From Spirochaetota bacterium (lineage in GTDB: Bacteria > Spirochaetota > Spirochaetia > Treponematales > UBA12059), in the NCBI GenBank assembly GCA_031402655.1, contig JANNSO010000139.1:3120-67119 (forward strand): 64,000 nt of DNA, given 5' to 3'. The notes below the pieces were generated by a model. That model was not told the origin of the DNA. It did not search any database and saw only the letters and a program-made list of their open reading frames with translations. Shown piece by piece: positions 28,319-37,555 of the stretch; position 1 is the stretch's first letter; the number at the start of each line of letters is the position of its first letter. The translations under genes were made by a program, and so were the position numbers.

Positions 28319-28917
28319 TTTCGCAGGCCGGAATCGCTCCTCGGCTTTGCCGGAGCGGCGGTGTTCAAGGGAGCATAGTTAACGAGCAAAGGCTTAAGGC
28401 CGCGTATCAGCGCAGCCGCGATGATTGCCTTTAGAAAGTCGCCCACCAGATAGGGAACCATTATCAGGAAAGCCTGCAAGATCGTAATATCCACGCCTTT
28501 CCTGATGCTGATTCCCGAGCGGAACCAGGGCAGCCCCATAAGGTATAAAACTATAACACCACTGATGGAGGCAAGCAAAGCGCGATGGAACGACCACTTC
28601 TTGCGGTCGGAAATTAAGCCGGCGCACACTGCAGCTCCAAGGTAGCCCAGAAGAAATCCGCCGGTAGGCGTCTTAAAATGGCCAAAGCCGCCGGCAGCAT
28701 TGGCGAATACCGGCAATCCAAGCGAACCCATGAGCAAGTATAGGCAGATGGCGGCTCCGCCCCAAAGCGGACCAAGCAGCAAGCCGGACAGCAAGGCAAA
28801 GAAAACAGCCAGCGTTACCGGAGGCAGCAGCGGCACTGGAATGGAAAAAATCGAGCCCACCGCGACCAGCGCCGCCATGAGCGAAACAAACACCAGATAA
28901 AAACTTCTGTTCTTCAT
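28315..28917 (-). CDS. bioY: biotin transporter S component
   Basis: YLLMGSLGLPVFA, PTGGFLLGY, PYLVGDFLK. Confidence 0.93.
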   Translation of the reverse strand: MKNRSFYLVFVSLMAALVAVGSIFSIPVPLLPPVTLAVFFALLSGLLLGPLWGGAAICLYLLMGSLGLPVFANAAGGFGHFKTPTGGFLLGYLGAAVCAGLISDRKKWSFHRALLASISGVIVLYLMGLPWFRSGISIRKGVDITILQAFLIMVPYLVGDFLKAIIAAALIRGLKPLLVNYAPLNTAAPAKPRSDSGLRN

Positions 28918-29858
28918 AAAATCTCCCCGTCATATACTATCTTTGCGCACTCACTGAAATTAATCAAAAACGGATCGCCACCAAGATCCAAGTCACCTTT
29001 GCGGCTGTATGACTCGGGAAAGGCGGAAATCATGCGGCCATCCCACAGGTAGACGGAGATTCTAATTCTGCGGTCGGGCAGCAGAGCCTTCCACCTTCCA
29101 ACTTCAAGCATAGGCTTAGCCGCCCAGGCCTGCATCTGGCGGGTTGTTTCGGCGGCAAGCTGCGCACGGCGGGGCGGATCAAGCGAGAGCTTATCAAAAC
29201 TTGCCGTGCCGCGCCCTTCCACCTGAATAGATTTGAAATTCAATCCGACTCCAATCAGGTAAAAATCGGGCTTGTCATGGGCACCAAAGGATTCAAGCAG
29301 GATTCCGCCAAGCTTGTCGTTTCCATTCATGATATCGTTGGGCCAGCGGAAGCGCAATTTTATGCCGTAATTCCCGGACAAACAGCGGAGCAATATTCCG
29401 GCGGTTTCCAAAATCAGCGAGCCCGCGTAAGAAACCGGCAATGCCGGCCTAAGAATCAGGGTAAAATACAATCCGCCTTGCGGACTCGTCCAGGTCCTGC
29501 CCGACCTGCCCCGCCCCGCGCTCTGGCTGCTCGCTAAAACGATGGAACCGGATGGGGCTCCCCGCAAGGCTTGCATCCTGGCTTCATCCATGGTGGAAGG
29601 AATTGCATCATGAAGAAAAATATCACCGGGTACGCTCATGTCCCAGGCTGCCAATCCGTCGTCATGCTCCATCATATAGCCGCGCCTGGAGGAAGCGACG
29701 ATATAGCCCCATGCCTTTAGAATTTCTATGCGCTTCCAGAGCGCTACGCGAGAAAGACCGAGTTCGCCTGCCATCAACTCTCCGGAAACCGGAGCATCCG
29801 ATGCGCGAAGCCGCTCAATGATATATTTGTCGCGGTTCTGAGACTCTAGCTTTTCCAT
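28914..29858 (-). CDS. birA: bifunctional biotin ligase/repressor
   Basis: N-terminal HTH SGELMAGELGLSRVALWKRI; QSAGRGR, RWPND, KLGGIL. Confidence 0.92.
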   Translation of the reverse strand: MEKLESQNRDKYIIERLRASDAPVSGELMAGELGLSRVALWKRIEILKAWGYIVASSRRGYMMEHDDGLAAWDMSVPGDIFLHDAIPSTMDEARMQALRGAPSGSIVLASSQSAGRGRSGRTWTSPQGGLYFTLILRPALPVSYAGSLILETAGILLRCLSGNYGIKLRFRWPNDIMNGNDKLGGILLESFGAHDKPDFYLIGVGLNFKSIQVEGRGTASFDKLSLDPPRRAQLAAETTRQMQAWAAKPMLEVGRWKALLPDRRIRISVYLWDGRMISAFPESYSRKGDLDLGGDPFLINFSECAKIVYDGEIL

Positions 29859-29876
29859 GACCGGCTTTCAAAAATA

Positions 29877-29913
29877 ATGCGTTAACCCATATATCTAATA
29901 CAGGTTAACGCAT
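29877..29913. promoter_or_regulatory. BirA operator
   Basis: atgcGTTAACC-N15-GGTTAACgcat directly upstream of birA; matches the BirA box pattern GTnAACC-N14/16-GGTTnAC. Confidence 0.8.
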
Positions 29914-29938
29914 AGAAATATGGCATGAGTCTCGATGC

Positions 29939-31423
29939 TTAGTCAAGCGAATCGTGTTTCTTCCCTATTGCCATGTCTACGATTCGGTAACAGCCGTCGA
30001 ACAGGCCCGCTTTTGCGTTCTTAAGGATGGCGTCGTTATACATGCGCAGGATGTCGTCCTCGGTCATCATGAGGCGCAGCACCTGCGAGGCGGACTCTAC
30101 GGTTTCCAGTTCGTAGGTAGCGTCTCCCAGCTCGGCTGCCCGGATCGCACCCCATTTCTCGTGTCCGCCGACCCGCTTTATCATCAACTTGGGAACGGGA
30201 TAATATGCCAGCTCGCTGGGCTTGGTAATGAGCAGGTCCGCGCTGCGCATAAGCAGATTCGTACTGTATACGGCGGCGAATTTGTTTATATTCAGGAAAG
30301 CGTGGATTCCCGATACATCCCCCTCGAGAGCGCCTTCGGCGAAACGCTCGGTATCATGCCAGTTATTAAAATGTTTCTTCAGGAATTTCTCGAAGTCAGG
30401 ATCGGTTTTTTTCATTACCGCCTCGATACCGTTCCAGACTGCTTCATGATCGCCGAAATTCAGGTAGAGGGCAGCCTTGCCTTCCCGAATAAGGGGCATC
30501 ATGTCCCGAACCAGCCTTGCTATAATCTCCAACTGGGCTCCGGCGCCGCCGACGGATACGAGGACGCGCTTGGCCTTTTTTTCGTCGATGCGCGCTATCC
30601 TGGCAGCTGTATCTTTTTCAAGATTGGCCACCAGCTCGTGATCGATAAAATGGCCAACCATGTGGAGGTCGGAGGCGGGCATGGGGTTGGACAATCCGGT
30701 TTTGGACGTCATCCCGCGCAGCACCCGGTACCCCAGGTAGGCAGAAGGGCTCTGAACGGCATGTACCGCGCCTTCCGCCAGATGCAGCGCCATGGGCCAG
30801 TTATCCGGTATCATGTTTATGACATTTGTCATCCCTGCATGCACGGCACCCTGCGCCGGCCAGGCGTGAGTGCAGATAAACGGCATGTCCCTGGGAAAAC
30901 CGGCGCAAAGGGGCGCGAAAATCTCCGCCACCTTCTGGTCAACGGCATTGAAAGACAATTTTTTAAAACCTTCGTAATTTAAAGGCTCCCAGAAATACCT
31001 GTTGAACAGATAATTTTTTTGCGACAAACGGGAACCAAAGGAATAGAGCTCGTTGAGTCTCTCCACGACTTTTCCCGCTGCAGTCTCGTCAAAAGCGTTC
31101 ATATCGAACCAATAGGGAATATAGCCCCGGTGCTTTACCACCGACGCCACTGCCATGGCGATCCTATAGTGGCCAAAACCCATTCGGATATTGCCTACCA
31201 GAATTCCCTTGTCCGGATCGACGGGCACGCCCTTTCCACCGATGGAAAGATCGCGAACCCCAAAATAAGGGCCAAGTATTTCATTTGGCGAAGCGGTCAT
31301 ATCATAGACCCTGGATACATTGTTGCCATACTTGCCCAAATATGCCATTTTTTTTCTTTCGCCTTCCGCGCATACCTTGCGGCTCATGGTATTCCCAAAA
31401 ATACTGCTCGTACGATCGTTCAT
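29939..31423 (-). CDS. GT-B fold glycosyltransferase-like protein (MGDG synthase/GT28-like)
   Basis: RMGFGHYRIA, CTHAWP, VSVGGAG, LLITKPSE. Confidence 0.6.
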   Translation of the reverse strand: MNDRTSSIFGNTMSRKVCAEGERKKMAYLGKYGNNVSRVYDMTASPNEILGPYFGVRDLSIGGKGVPVDPDKGILVGNIRMGFGHYRIAMAVASVVKHRGYIPYWFDMNAFDETAAGKVVERLNELYSFGSRLSQKNYLFNRYFWEPLNYEGFKKLSFNAVDQKVAEIFAPLCAGFPRDMPFICTHAWPAQGAVHAGMTNVINMIPDNWPMALHLAEGAVHAVQSPSAYLGYRVLRGMTSKTGLSNPMPASDLHMVGHFIDHELVANLEKDTAARIARIDEKKAKRVLVSVGGAGAQLEIIARLVRDMMPLIREGKAALYLNFGDHEAVWNGIEAVMKKTDPDFEKFLKKHFNNWHDTERFAEGALEGDVSGIHAFLNINKFAAVYSTNLLMRSADLLITKPSELAYYPVPKLMIKRVGGHEKWGAIRAAELGDATYELETVESASQVLRLMMTEDDILRMYNDAILKNAKAGLFDGCYRIVDMAIGKKHDSLD

Positions 31424-33240
31424 TATTTACGCTCTCCCTGAAGCCCGGATGCGGCACTTCCCGAAACAAGCATGCACAGGCTTTCATGCGCAGGCAGCAC
31501 GATTTTACTTTTTGAAATAAAGCCTGCCTCCCCGGCCATGAAGCGGCGGGTCTTATAGCTGAGGTTTACGTACAGCGCATACTCCAGCTTCCCGATGGCG
31601 TATCGCACCCGGTACAAGCCCCTGTCACAAACCACGGTATGGATTATTTTACCGACATGGGGAAAAATCGAAAGCAGCCTCGCCATTTCCGCTTCGCCGT
31701 ACAGCTTTATATTATCCGATGTAAATAATAAATTACCGAACAGGGCATTGATTCCCAGGAGCGTTTCCTGCTCGGCCGGCTTTAGCTTTATGTTGTCCCG
31801 CCTAAGGAGGAACACATCGGGATCGTTGACGAAAGCCCTTCCGTCCAGATGCCTGCGCCCGATCGCGTTTTCCAGGGAGTTCAAGGTCGACGGCCTCTCG
31901 CGGTGAAGCAGGTTTTTGTAAAGCCCGTTGTCCCACTGAAGGTCTATATCCGCGCCTATGCGGCAGTATTCCACTTTGCCGAAAGCCGGCCACAGGGGTA
32001 CGCCGCAGCCGAGTATCTTTTTGGAGCCCACGACTTCACGCAGAAAATCCATGGCCTCGCACATCAGCTGGCCCCGGCTCTTTCCATTCCGTGGAACGAT
32101 GCACGCGGCATACAGAAAATCCAGCTTGACGATTTCGAAGCCCCAGTCATCGAGCACGGTCCTGAACACTTTACGCAGGTAATCGCGCACCGCCTGCAAT
32201 TCCAGGTCTATCGGATAAAAGCCCGACCAGTTGCCCCCGGCGCTTATGGGTTTTCCCGCGCCGTCCCGGACTATCCAGTCGGGATGCTCGGCAAACAGCC
32301 GGGATTTAGTCTCGCAGACAAACGGCGCGAGCCACAGTCCCGGAGCATAGCCGGCTGCGCGAATTGAATCGGCGATGTGCTTCATGCCCTTGGGAAATGT
32401 ATCCTGAACGCAGAGCCAGTCTCCTACTGCGCATTGGTATCCGTCGTCGACCTGGAAAATATCGAAGGGAATTTTTTGGGCCGAAAGCGCTTCGAGGTTT
32501 TCAAGGATAATTCCTTCGCTTATGTTCTGGTAGTAATTGTACCAGCTTGTCCATCCGGTCGCGGGCTTGGCCCTTGGCGGCTGGATCTTGAGCTCGGCGA
32601 AATAAGCATCAAAAACGGAATCGTAGCCGCCAGTGGTCAAGAGGACGGACATCATTTCATGGGACCCAGAATATTCCACCCCTTCGCAGTCTTTCTCCAG
32701 GCTTAGCTTTCCTTCGCGCAGATCCGCGCGAATTATGGTGTAGCCGCTGCGCTCGTTCAGGGAGCCCAGGAGCAGAAACGATTCATCGGGGCCGCAAAGA
32801 TATGCGTACGAGTAGCCATGGAGCTTTCCCGGCTTTTCCGGGTACCGCAGCATCGTATAGTCGCCATACTGCGTCAAGTTATGTTTTTTTAACAATGGCT
32901 TGAACAGCCTGGACGGCGCGCGCATGACGTCCTTGCGCGTAAACTCCTTCGAGTCGGTCCACGACTGGTAGCCATTGAGGAAGGCTGTGTCGTCTTTATC
33001 GAAGCCATAAGGGATTTCGAGCCTAAGAGACTCGATTCGTAAAGGTTTTTTAGCCTCCAGGGACACCGTCCAGCGCTCGCCGGCAGCGAAAGGCCGCCGC
33101 TCGAAATTCAGGGAAAGCGCCTCATTTTGGACACCCTGCCGCTCTCCGAAATTTTCGCTGTACGCAATGCCCCCGCAGGAATACTCGAGAAGTCCGGTTA
33201 ATTTCAAAGCGGCGATGCTGCCTGAATCAAGATATTTCAT
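31423..33240 (-). CDS. alpha-galactosidase, GH36
   Basis: GWTSWYNY, FQVDDGYQ, GLWLAPF, VKLDFL, RIGAD, NDPDV. Confidence 0.9.
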   Translation of the reverse strand: MKYLDSGSIAALKLTGLLEYSCGGIAYSENFGERQGVQNEALSLNFERRPFAAGERWTVSLEAKKPLRIESLRLEIPYGFDKDDTAFLNGYQSWTDSKEFTRKDVMRAPSRLFKPLLKKHNLTQYGDYTMLRYPEKPGKLHGYSYAYLCGPDESFLLLGSLNERSGYTIIRADLREGKLSLEKDCEGVEYSGSHEMMSVLLTTGGYDSVFDAYFAELKIQPPRAKPATGWTSWYNYYQNISEGIILENLEALSAQKIPFDIFQVDDGYQCAVGDWLCVQDTFPKGMKHIADSIRAAGYAPGLWLAPFVCETKSRLFAEHPDWIVRDGAGKPISAGGNWSGFYPIDLELQAVRDYLRKVFRTVLDDWGFEIVKLDFLYAACIVPRNGKSRGQLMCEAMDFLREVVGSKKILGCGVPLWPAFGKVEYCRIGADIDLQWDNGLYKNLLHRERPSTLNSLENAIGRRHLDGRAFVNDPDVFLLRRDNIKLKPAEQETLLGINALFGNLLFTSDNIKLYGEAEMARLLSIFPHVGKIIHTVVCDRGLYRVRYAIGKLEYALYVNLSYKTRRFMAGEAGFISKSKIVLPAHESLCMLVSGSAASGLQGERK

Positions 33241-34444
33241 GTGCGCCCTCTCCGGTTCCCGCGATGTAAAACCGCGCTTCGATACTTGTTTTCGCCATAT
33301 ATCCCAAAGCTACTTCCCTTATGAAAGCGTCTACGCGATCCTTATGGACAAGAGCAATGGCGCAGCCGCCGAACCCGGCGCCGGTCATGCGGGCTCCAAG
33401 ACAACCCTCCTGCAGCATAGCCTCGTCATATAGCGCGTCGAGAGCCGACCCGCTTACCTCGTAATCGTCCCGCAGGGAACAATGCGACTCGCACATCAGC
33501 TTTCCGAAGCTGCGCAAGTCGCCTGCCTTGAGGGCATCCACCGACTGGAGCACGCGCACGTTCTCGCTGACGCAGTGGCGAACGCGCCGCCGTACGGTTT
33601 CATCGCCTATCGATGCGGAATATTCCTCGAACTGCCTGTTTGACAATTCGCACAGGTTCTTTATGGATACAATGTTCTGAAGCTCCGCCAAGCCGCGCCT
33701 GCACTCTGCAAGCCGCTCGTTGTACTTGGAATCCGCAAGAGCCCGCGGTTTATTGCTGTTCATCAGCACGATGCGGTAATCGCCCAGAAGCAGCGGAACA
33801 AGCTCATATTCGAGGCTGGCGGTATCCAGCAGGATAGCGTTATCCTTTTTACCGAACGCAACGGCGAACTGATCCATGATGCCGCACTGGACGCCGGCAA
33901 AATCGTGTTCCGCCTTTTGCGAAATCTTGACAAGGTCGAGCCTGTCTATTCCCAGCCCGTACAGCTCCGACAGCGCGTAGGAAAAACAAAGCTCCAGCGC
34001 GGCTGAGGAGGAAACTCCGGCACCCATAGGCACGGTGCTGAAGAGCAGCATTTCGAATCCGCTGCCCAGGACTCCTTTAGCTTTCTGAACACCGAATAGA
34101 ATTCCGTTGAGATACTTCACATAGTCGCCGTTCGCGTTGGCGACGAAGGGGCTGCCCAGAGTGGTCCGGAACTCGCCGGGCAGATCCATGTTGCGCACGA
34201 TAATCGAATCATCGTTCCGTTTCCTAATGGCGGCATACAGGTAGCGATCCAGCGCCACCGGAAAAACCTTGCCGCCGTTATAGTCGATATGCTCGCCTAT
34301 CAGGTTGATGCGGGCGGGAGCCGCGAATACCCGAACCGTATCGCTACTGCCGCCAAAGCGCTTTGCAAATTCCCCGGGAAGGTCATTTGCAAAGGCGCCA
34401 GACAGCGAGCCGTTAGGCGAAGAGTCATCTTTAAAATTAGACAT
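33227..34444 (-). CDS. galK: galactokinase
   Basis: APARINLIGEHIDYNGG, PMGAGVSSSAA, CGIMDQ, GARMTGAGFGGC. Confidence 0.95.
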   Translation of the reverse strand: MSNFKDDSSPNGSLSGAFANDLPGEFAKRFGGSSDTVRVFAAPARINLIGEHIDYNGGKVFPVALDRYLYAAIRKRNDDSIIVRNMDLPGEFRTTLGSPFVANANGDYVKYLNGILFGVQKAKGVLGSGFEMLLFSTVPMGAGVSSSAALELCFSYALSELYGLGIDRLDLVKISQKAEHDFAGVQCGIMDQFAVAFGKKDNAILLDTASLEYELVPLLLGDYRIVLMNSNKPRALADSKYNERLAECRRGLAELQNIVSIKNLCELSNRQFEEYSASIGDETVRRRVRHCVSENVRVLQSVDALKAGDLRSFGKLMCESHCSLRDDYEVSGSALDALYDEAMLQEGCLGARMTGAGFGGCAIALVHKDRVDAFIREVALGYMAKTSIEARFYIAGTGEGAHEIS

Positions 34445-34535
34445 TAAACCCCCATCGAAAACAAAAACAGCATTAAAAACCATTATATTTTTTTTTTGGC
34501 TTGTGCGCAATAAAGAGAACGGGTATTCTTGCGGA

Positions 34536-35639
34536 ATGGCAAGCAGAAACAGAACGCCGAATCGAAAACCCATAGAACCGCTCTTTCGCAACGTAAGCGA
34601 GGCGGGCGTGGGAGCACCACCGGGATCCCCGATTTACATCGGCGACAGGATTCCGACCGAAGCAGTATATTCGCTTTTCCAGTACAATAAGGAAGAGATG
34701 TCGGTAATCACTCCCGAAAACGTGGAAGAAATCATGGCCATGACGGAAGACGGCATGATCAACTGGATCAACGTAAACGGCCTTGCGGATCAGGATGCGG
34801 TCAAGCGGCTTTGCGGATTCTTCAAGCTGGACCCTCTTACCATAGAAGATATCCTCAACACCGAACACCGCCCAAAAGTGGAAGATTTCCGTCATTACCT
34901 TACGCTTATAACCAAGATGCTTACGCGCCACGACGATGGAACCATCGAATACGAACAGGTAAGCATCATCCTGACACGCAACACGGTTATGACCTTTCAG
35001 GAAACTCCGGGCGACTGTTTCGGGCCCGTGCGCGACCGCCTGCAAAATGGAACCGGGCGCCTCCGGAAACTGGGCAGCGATTACCTGATGTACGCGCTGC
35101 TCGACGTAATCGTGGATAATTATTTCATGATACTGGAAAACCTGGGAACGCGACTGGAAAACTGCGAAGAAGCAAGCATGTCCGCACGCGAGGCTAAAAC
35201 GTTCATGACCGGGCTTCAAAGCCTCAAGGCCGACCTCAACCGGATGCGCCGCGTACTTTGGCCCGTTCGCGAAACCGTCGGGGTACTCCTGCATTCGGAA
35301 TCCGACCTGATAGACAAGGAGCTGGATCCGTTTCTGCGGGATCTTTACGAAAACACCGTGCAGGTGCTGGAAGCGCTGGAAAGTTACCGCGAAACCGCAT
35401 CGGGCATCCAGGAAATATTTTTTTCCTCGGTATCCAACCGCATGAACGAAGTGATGAAAGTGCTTACGATCATATCGACCATTTTTATTCCATTGACGTT
35501 TATCGCAGGCGTTTACGGCATGAATTTCGAGTTTATGCCCGAACTGGGCCAGCGCTGGGGATACCCCGGCGTACTGGGCTTGATGGCAGCGGTGGCGGTA
35601 GGCATGCTTATCTACTTCAAGAAAAAAAAATGGCTTTGA
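34536..35639 (+). CDS. corA: magnesium/cobalt transporter
   Basis: GAPPG, EDILNTEHRPKVE, MNEVMKVLT, YGMNF. Confidence 0.95.
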   Translation: MASRNRTPNRKPIEPLFRNVSEAGVGAPPGSPIYIGDRIPTEAVYSLFQYNKEEMSVITPENVEEIMAMTEDGMINWINVNGLADQDAVKRLCGFFKLDPLTIEDILNTEHRPKVEDFRHYLTLITKMLTRHDDGTIEYEQVSIILTRNTVMTFQETPGDCFGPVRDRLQNGTGRLRKLGSDYLMYALLDVIVDNYFMILENLGTRLENCEEASMSAREAKTFMTGLQSLKADLNRMRRVLWPVRETVGVLLHSESDLIDKELDPFLRDLYENTVQVLEALESYRETASGIQEIFFSSVSNRMNEVMKVLTIISTIFIPLTFIAGVYGMNFEFMPELGQRWGYPGVLGLMAAVAVGMLIYFKKKKWL

Positions 35640-35643
35640 AGAG

Positions 35644-35743
35644 AAAATTCAATTCGCTGTGCGAATTGAATTTAGGAGGCTGTGCGAATTGAATTTTGAG
35701 AGGCTGGGCGAATTGAATTTAGTGAATGGGGTGAATTGAATTT
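35644..35743. repeat. hairpin plus tandem array of GCGAATTGAATTT (4 direct copies, period 23-24 bp)
   Basis: Inverted copy 35644-35657; direct copies at 35661, 35684, 35708 and 35731. Confidence 0.85.
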
Positions 35744-35827
35744 CGAGGGGCTGAATATTGGTCGGAACGTATTGCCCATGGATAACAGAAGCGTTAAGAT
35801 GACGCAACATTCTCATTTGGAGCCATT

Positions 35828-37177
35828 ATGCCCATAACAACTATCCCAAAAGTCCGGCCGATTCCCGCCTTGTTCATCGCGGGAGTATTTCTGTTTTTCG
35901 CGGCTGCTCCGCTTTTCGCATCCACATCGTCCTCCGTGGTCGATGCGGTCCTTAAAAACTTTCAAGGAATCGCGACTCTTTTCGCTCAGACGCCCAGCCT
36001 TGCCTGGTCGCGCATCGGGCTGATATTACTGGGTTTTCTACTGGTTTTCCTGGGTAAAAAAGGAGTTCTCGAGCCGCTCCTGATGATACCCATGGGTCTG
36101 GGCATGGCCACCGTCAACGCGGGAGTCATGTTTTTCGACCCCCTCATGCTGCACGGCGGCATGGGCACCCTGTTCGTGGAACCCCAGGCGGGCGCCTCGC
36201 TGGACATGGTCAAGAACGCCGCCGACCTGATGTACGTGCTGCAGTTGGACTTTTTGCAGCCCATCTACACCTTCATGTTCTCCAACGGCCTTATCGCCTG
36301 TCTCGTGTTTATGGGAATCGGCAGCCTCCTGGACGTGGGATTCGTGATGCTGCACCCCTTTATAAGCATGTTCCTCGCGCTGGCTGCGGAGCTCGGCACC
36401 ATCCTGACCGTGCCCATCGCGCACGCTTTCGGCTTTACCCTGCAGCAATCGGCGGCCATCGCCATGGTGGGCGGCGCGGACGGCCCCATGGTTCTGTTTA
36501 CGGCCCTCAAGCTGGCGCCCGAGTTGTTCGTACCCATTACCGTGGTAGCCTATCTCTACCTCGGGCTTACCTACGGCGGCTACCCTTACCTCATAAAACT
36601 GCTGATTCCCAAGCGCATACGCGGTATCGCCATGGCCGAGCCGCTCCAGACCAAGGTGATAAGCGGGGGGCAGAAACTGGCCTTCGCCGTTTTTATCTGC
36701 GCTTTCCTGTCGCTCCTGTTTCCCGTAGCTGCCCCGCTGTTCTTCTCTCTGTTCCTAGGAATCGCCATCCGGGAATCCGGTCTCAAGTCGTTCCAGACTT
36801 TGGTTAGCGAGACGATACTCTACGGAGCTACGCTGTTCCTCGGCCTGCTCCTGGGCATACTCTGCGAGGCGTCCACCATACTGAGCCCCGAGGTGCTCCC
36901 CTTGCTGCTCCTGGGAATGCTGGCTCTGCTGCTTTCCGGCATCGGGGGCATCATGGGCGGCTACGTAATGTACCTCATTACGCGAGGAAAATATAACCCC
37001 ACTATAGGCATCGCCGGCGTATCCTGCGTGCCCAGCACCGCCAAAGTGGCGCAAAAATGCGTCGCGGCGGTAAACCCGCAGGCCATGATCATGCAATACG
37101 CCCTGGGAGCCAATATCTCCGGCGTCATAACCACGGCGATAATCGCGGCCGTCTATGTTACCGCGTTCGCCAAATAG
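35828..37177 (+). CDS. oadB: Na+-translocating decarboxylase beta subunit
   Basis: EPLLMIPMG, AELG, GGADGP, AYLY, NPTIGIAGVS, GANISGVI. Confidence 0.92.
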   Translation: MPITTIPKVRPIPALFIAGVFLFFAAAPLFASTSSSVVDAVLKNFQGIATLFAQTPSLAWSRIGLILLGFLLVFLGKKGVLEPLLMIPMGLGMATVNAGVMFFDPLMLHGGMGTLFVEPQAGASLDMVKNAADLMYVLQLDFLQPIYTFMFSNGLIACLVFMGIGSLLDVGFVMLHPFISMFLALAAELGTILTVPIAHAFGFTLQQSAAIAMVGGADGPMVLFTALKLAPELFVPITVVAYLYLGLTYGGYPYLIKLLIPKRIRGIAMAEPLQTKVISGGQKLAFAVFICAFLSLLFPVAAPLFFSLFLGIAIRESGLKSFQTLVSETILYGATLFLGLLLGILCEASTILSPEVLPLLLLGMLALLLSGIGGIMGGYVMYLITRGKYNPTIGIAGVSCVPSTAKVAQKCVAAVNPQAMIMQYALGANISGVITTAIIAAVYVTAFAK

Positions 37178-37186
37178 GAGGCCGCA

Positions 37187-37555
37187 ATGCTTATACCCAT
37201 AATTACCGCCGCGCTGCTTGCGGGGCTTCTAATCGTGCTCCTGCGCGTGGACGTGGGCATACACCGTTCGGAAGCGCAGCTTGAACGGATCGCTTCCGCA
37301 CTGGAAAACCCGGCGATAAAAATCGGCGGCGACAAGGTGGAGCAAAGCAGGCCAAGTACCGACTACGAAGAAATCGCGGCCGCGATCGCCGCCGCCAGGA
37401 TAGCCCTCAACGAGAAGAAGCGTTCCGGCCGTCCGCCGCAGGCAGGCTTTTACGTATCGCCCTTGAAACCGCAGCTCGCGTATGACGGCAGGAACAACGG
37501 GCTCGTAGACGTGTTCAACGAAGAAATCGCTACGGACAAGGGGAACGCGCCATGA
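37187..37555 (+). CDS. OadG/delta-like decarboxylase accessory subunit
   Basis: N-terminal TM helix, EEIAAAIAAA motif, located between beta and alpha. Confidence 0.7.
   Translation: MLIPIITAALLAGLLIVLLRVDVGIHRSEAQLERIASALENPAIKIGGDKVEQSRPSTDYEEIAAAIAAARIALNEKKRSGRPPQAGFYVSPLKPQLAYDGRNNGLVDVFNEEIATDKGNAP

Noticed and set aside
35644-35743. CRISPR array
   Set aside because: Repeats are 13 bp and spacers 10-11 bp and mutually similar; no cas genes in the window
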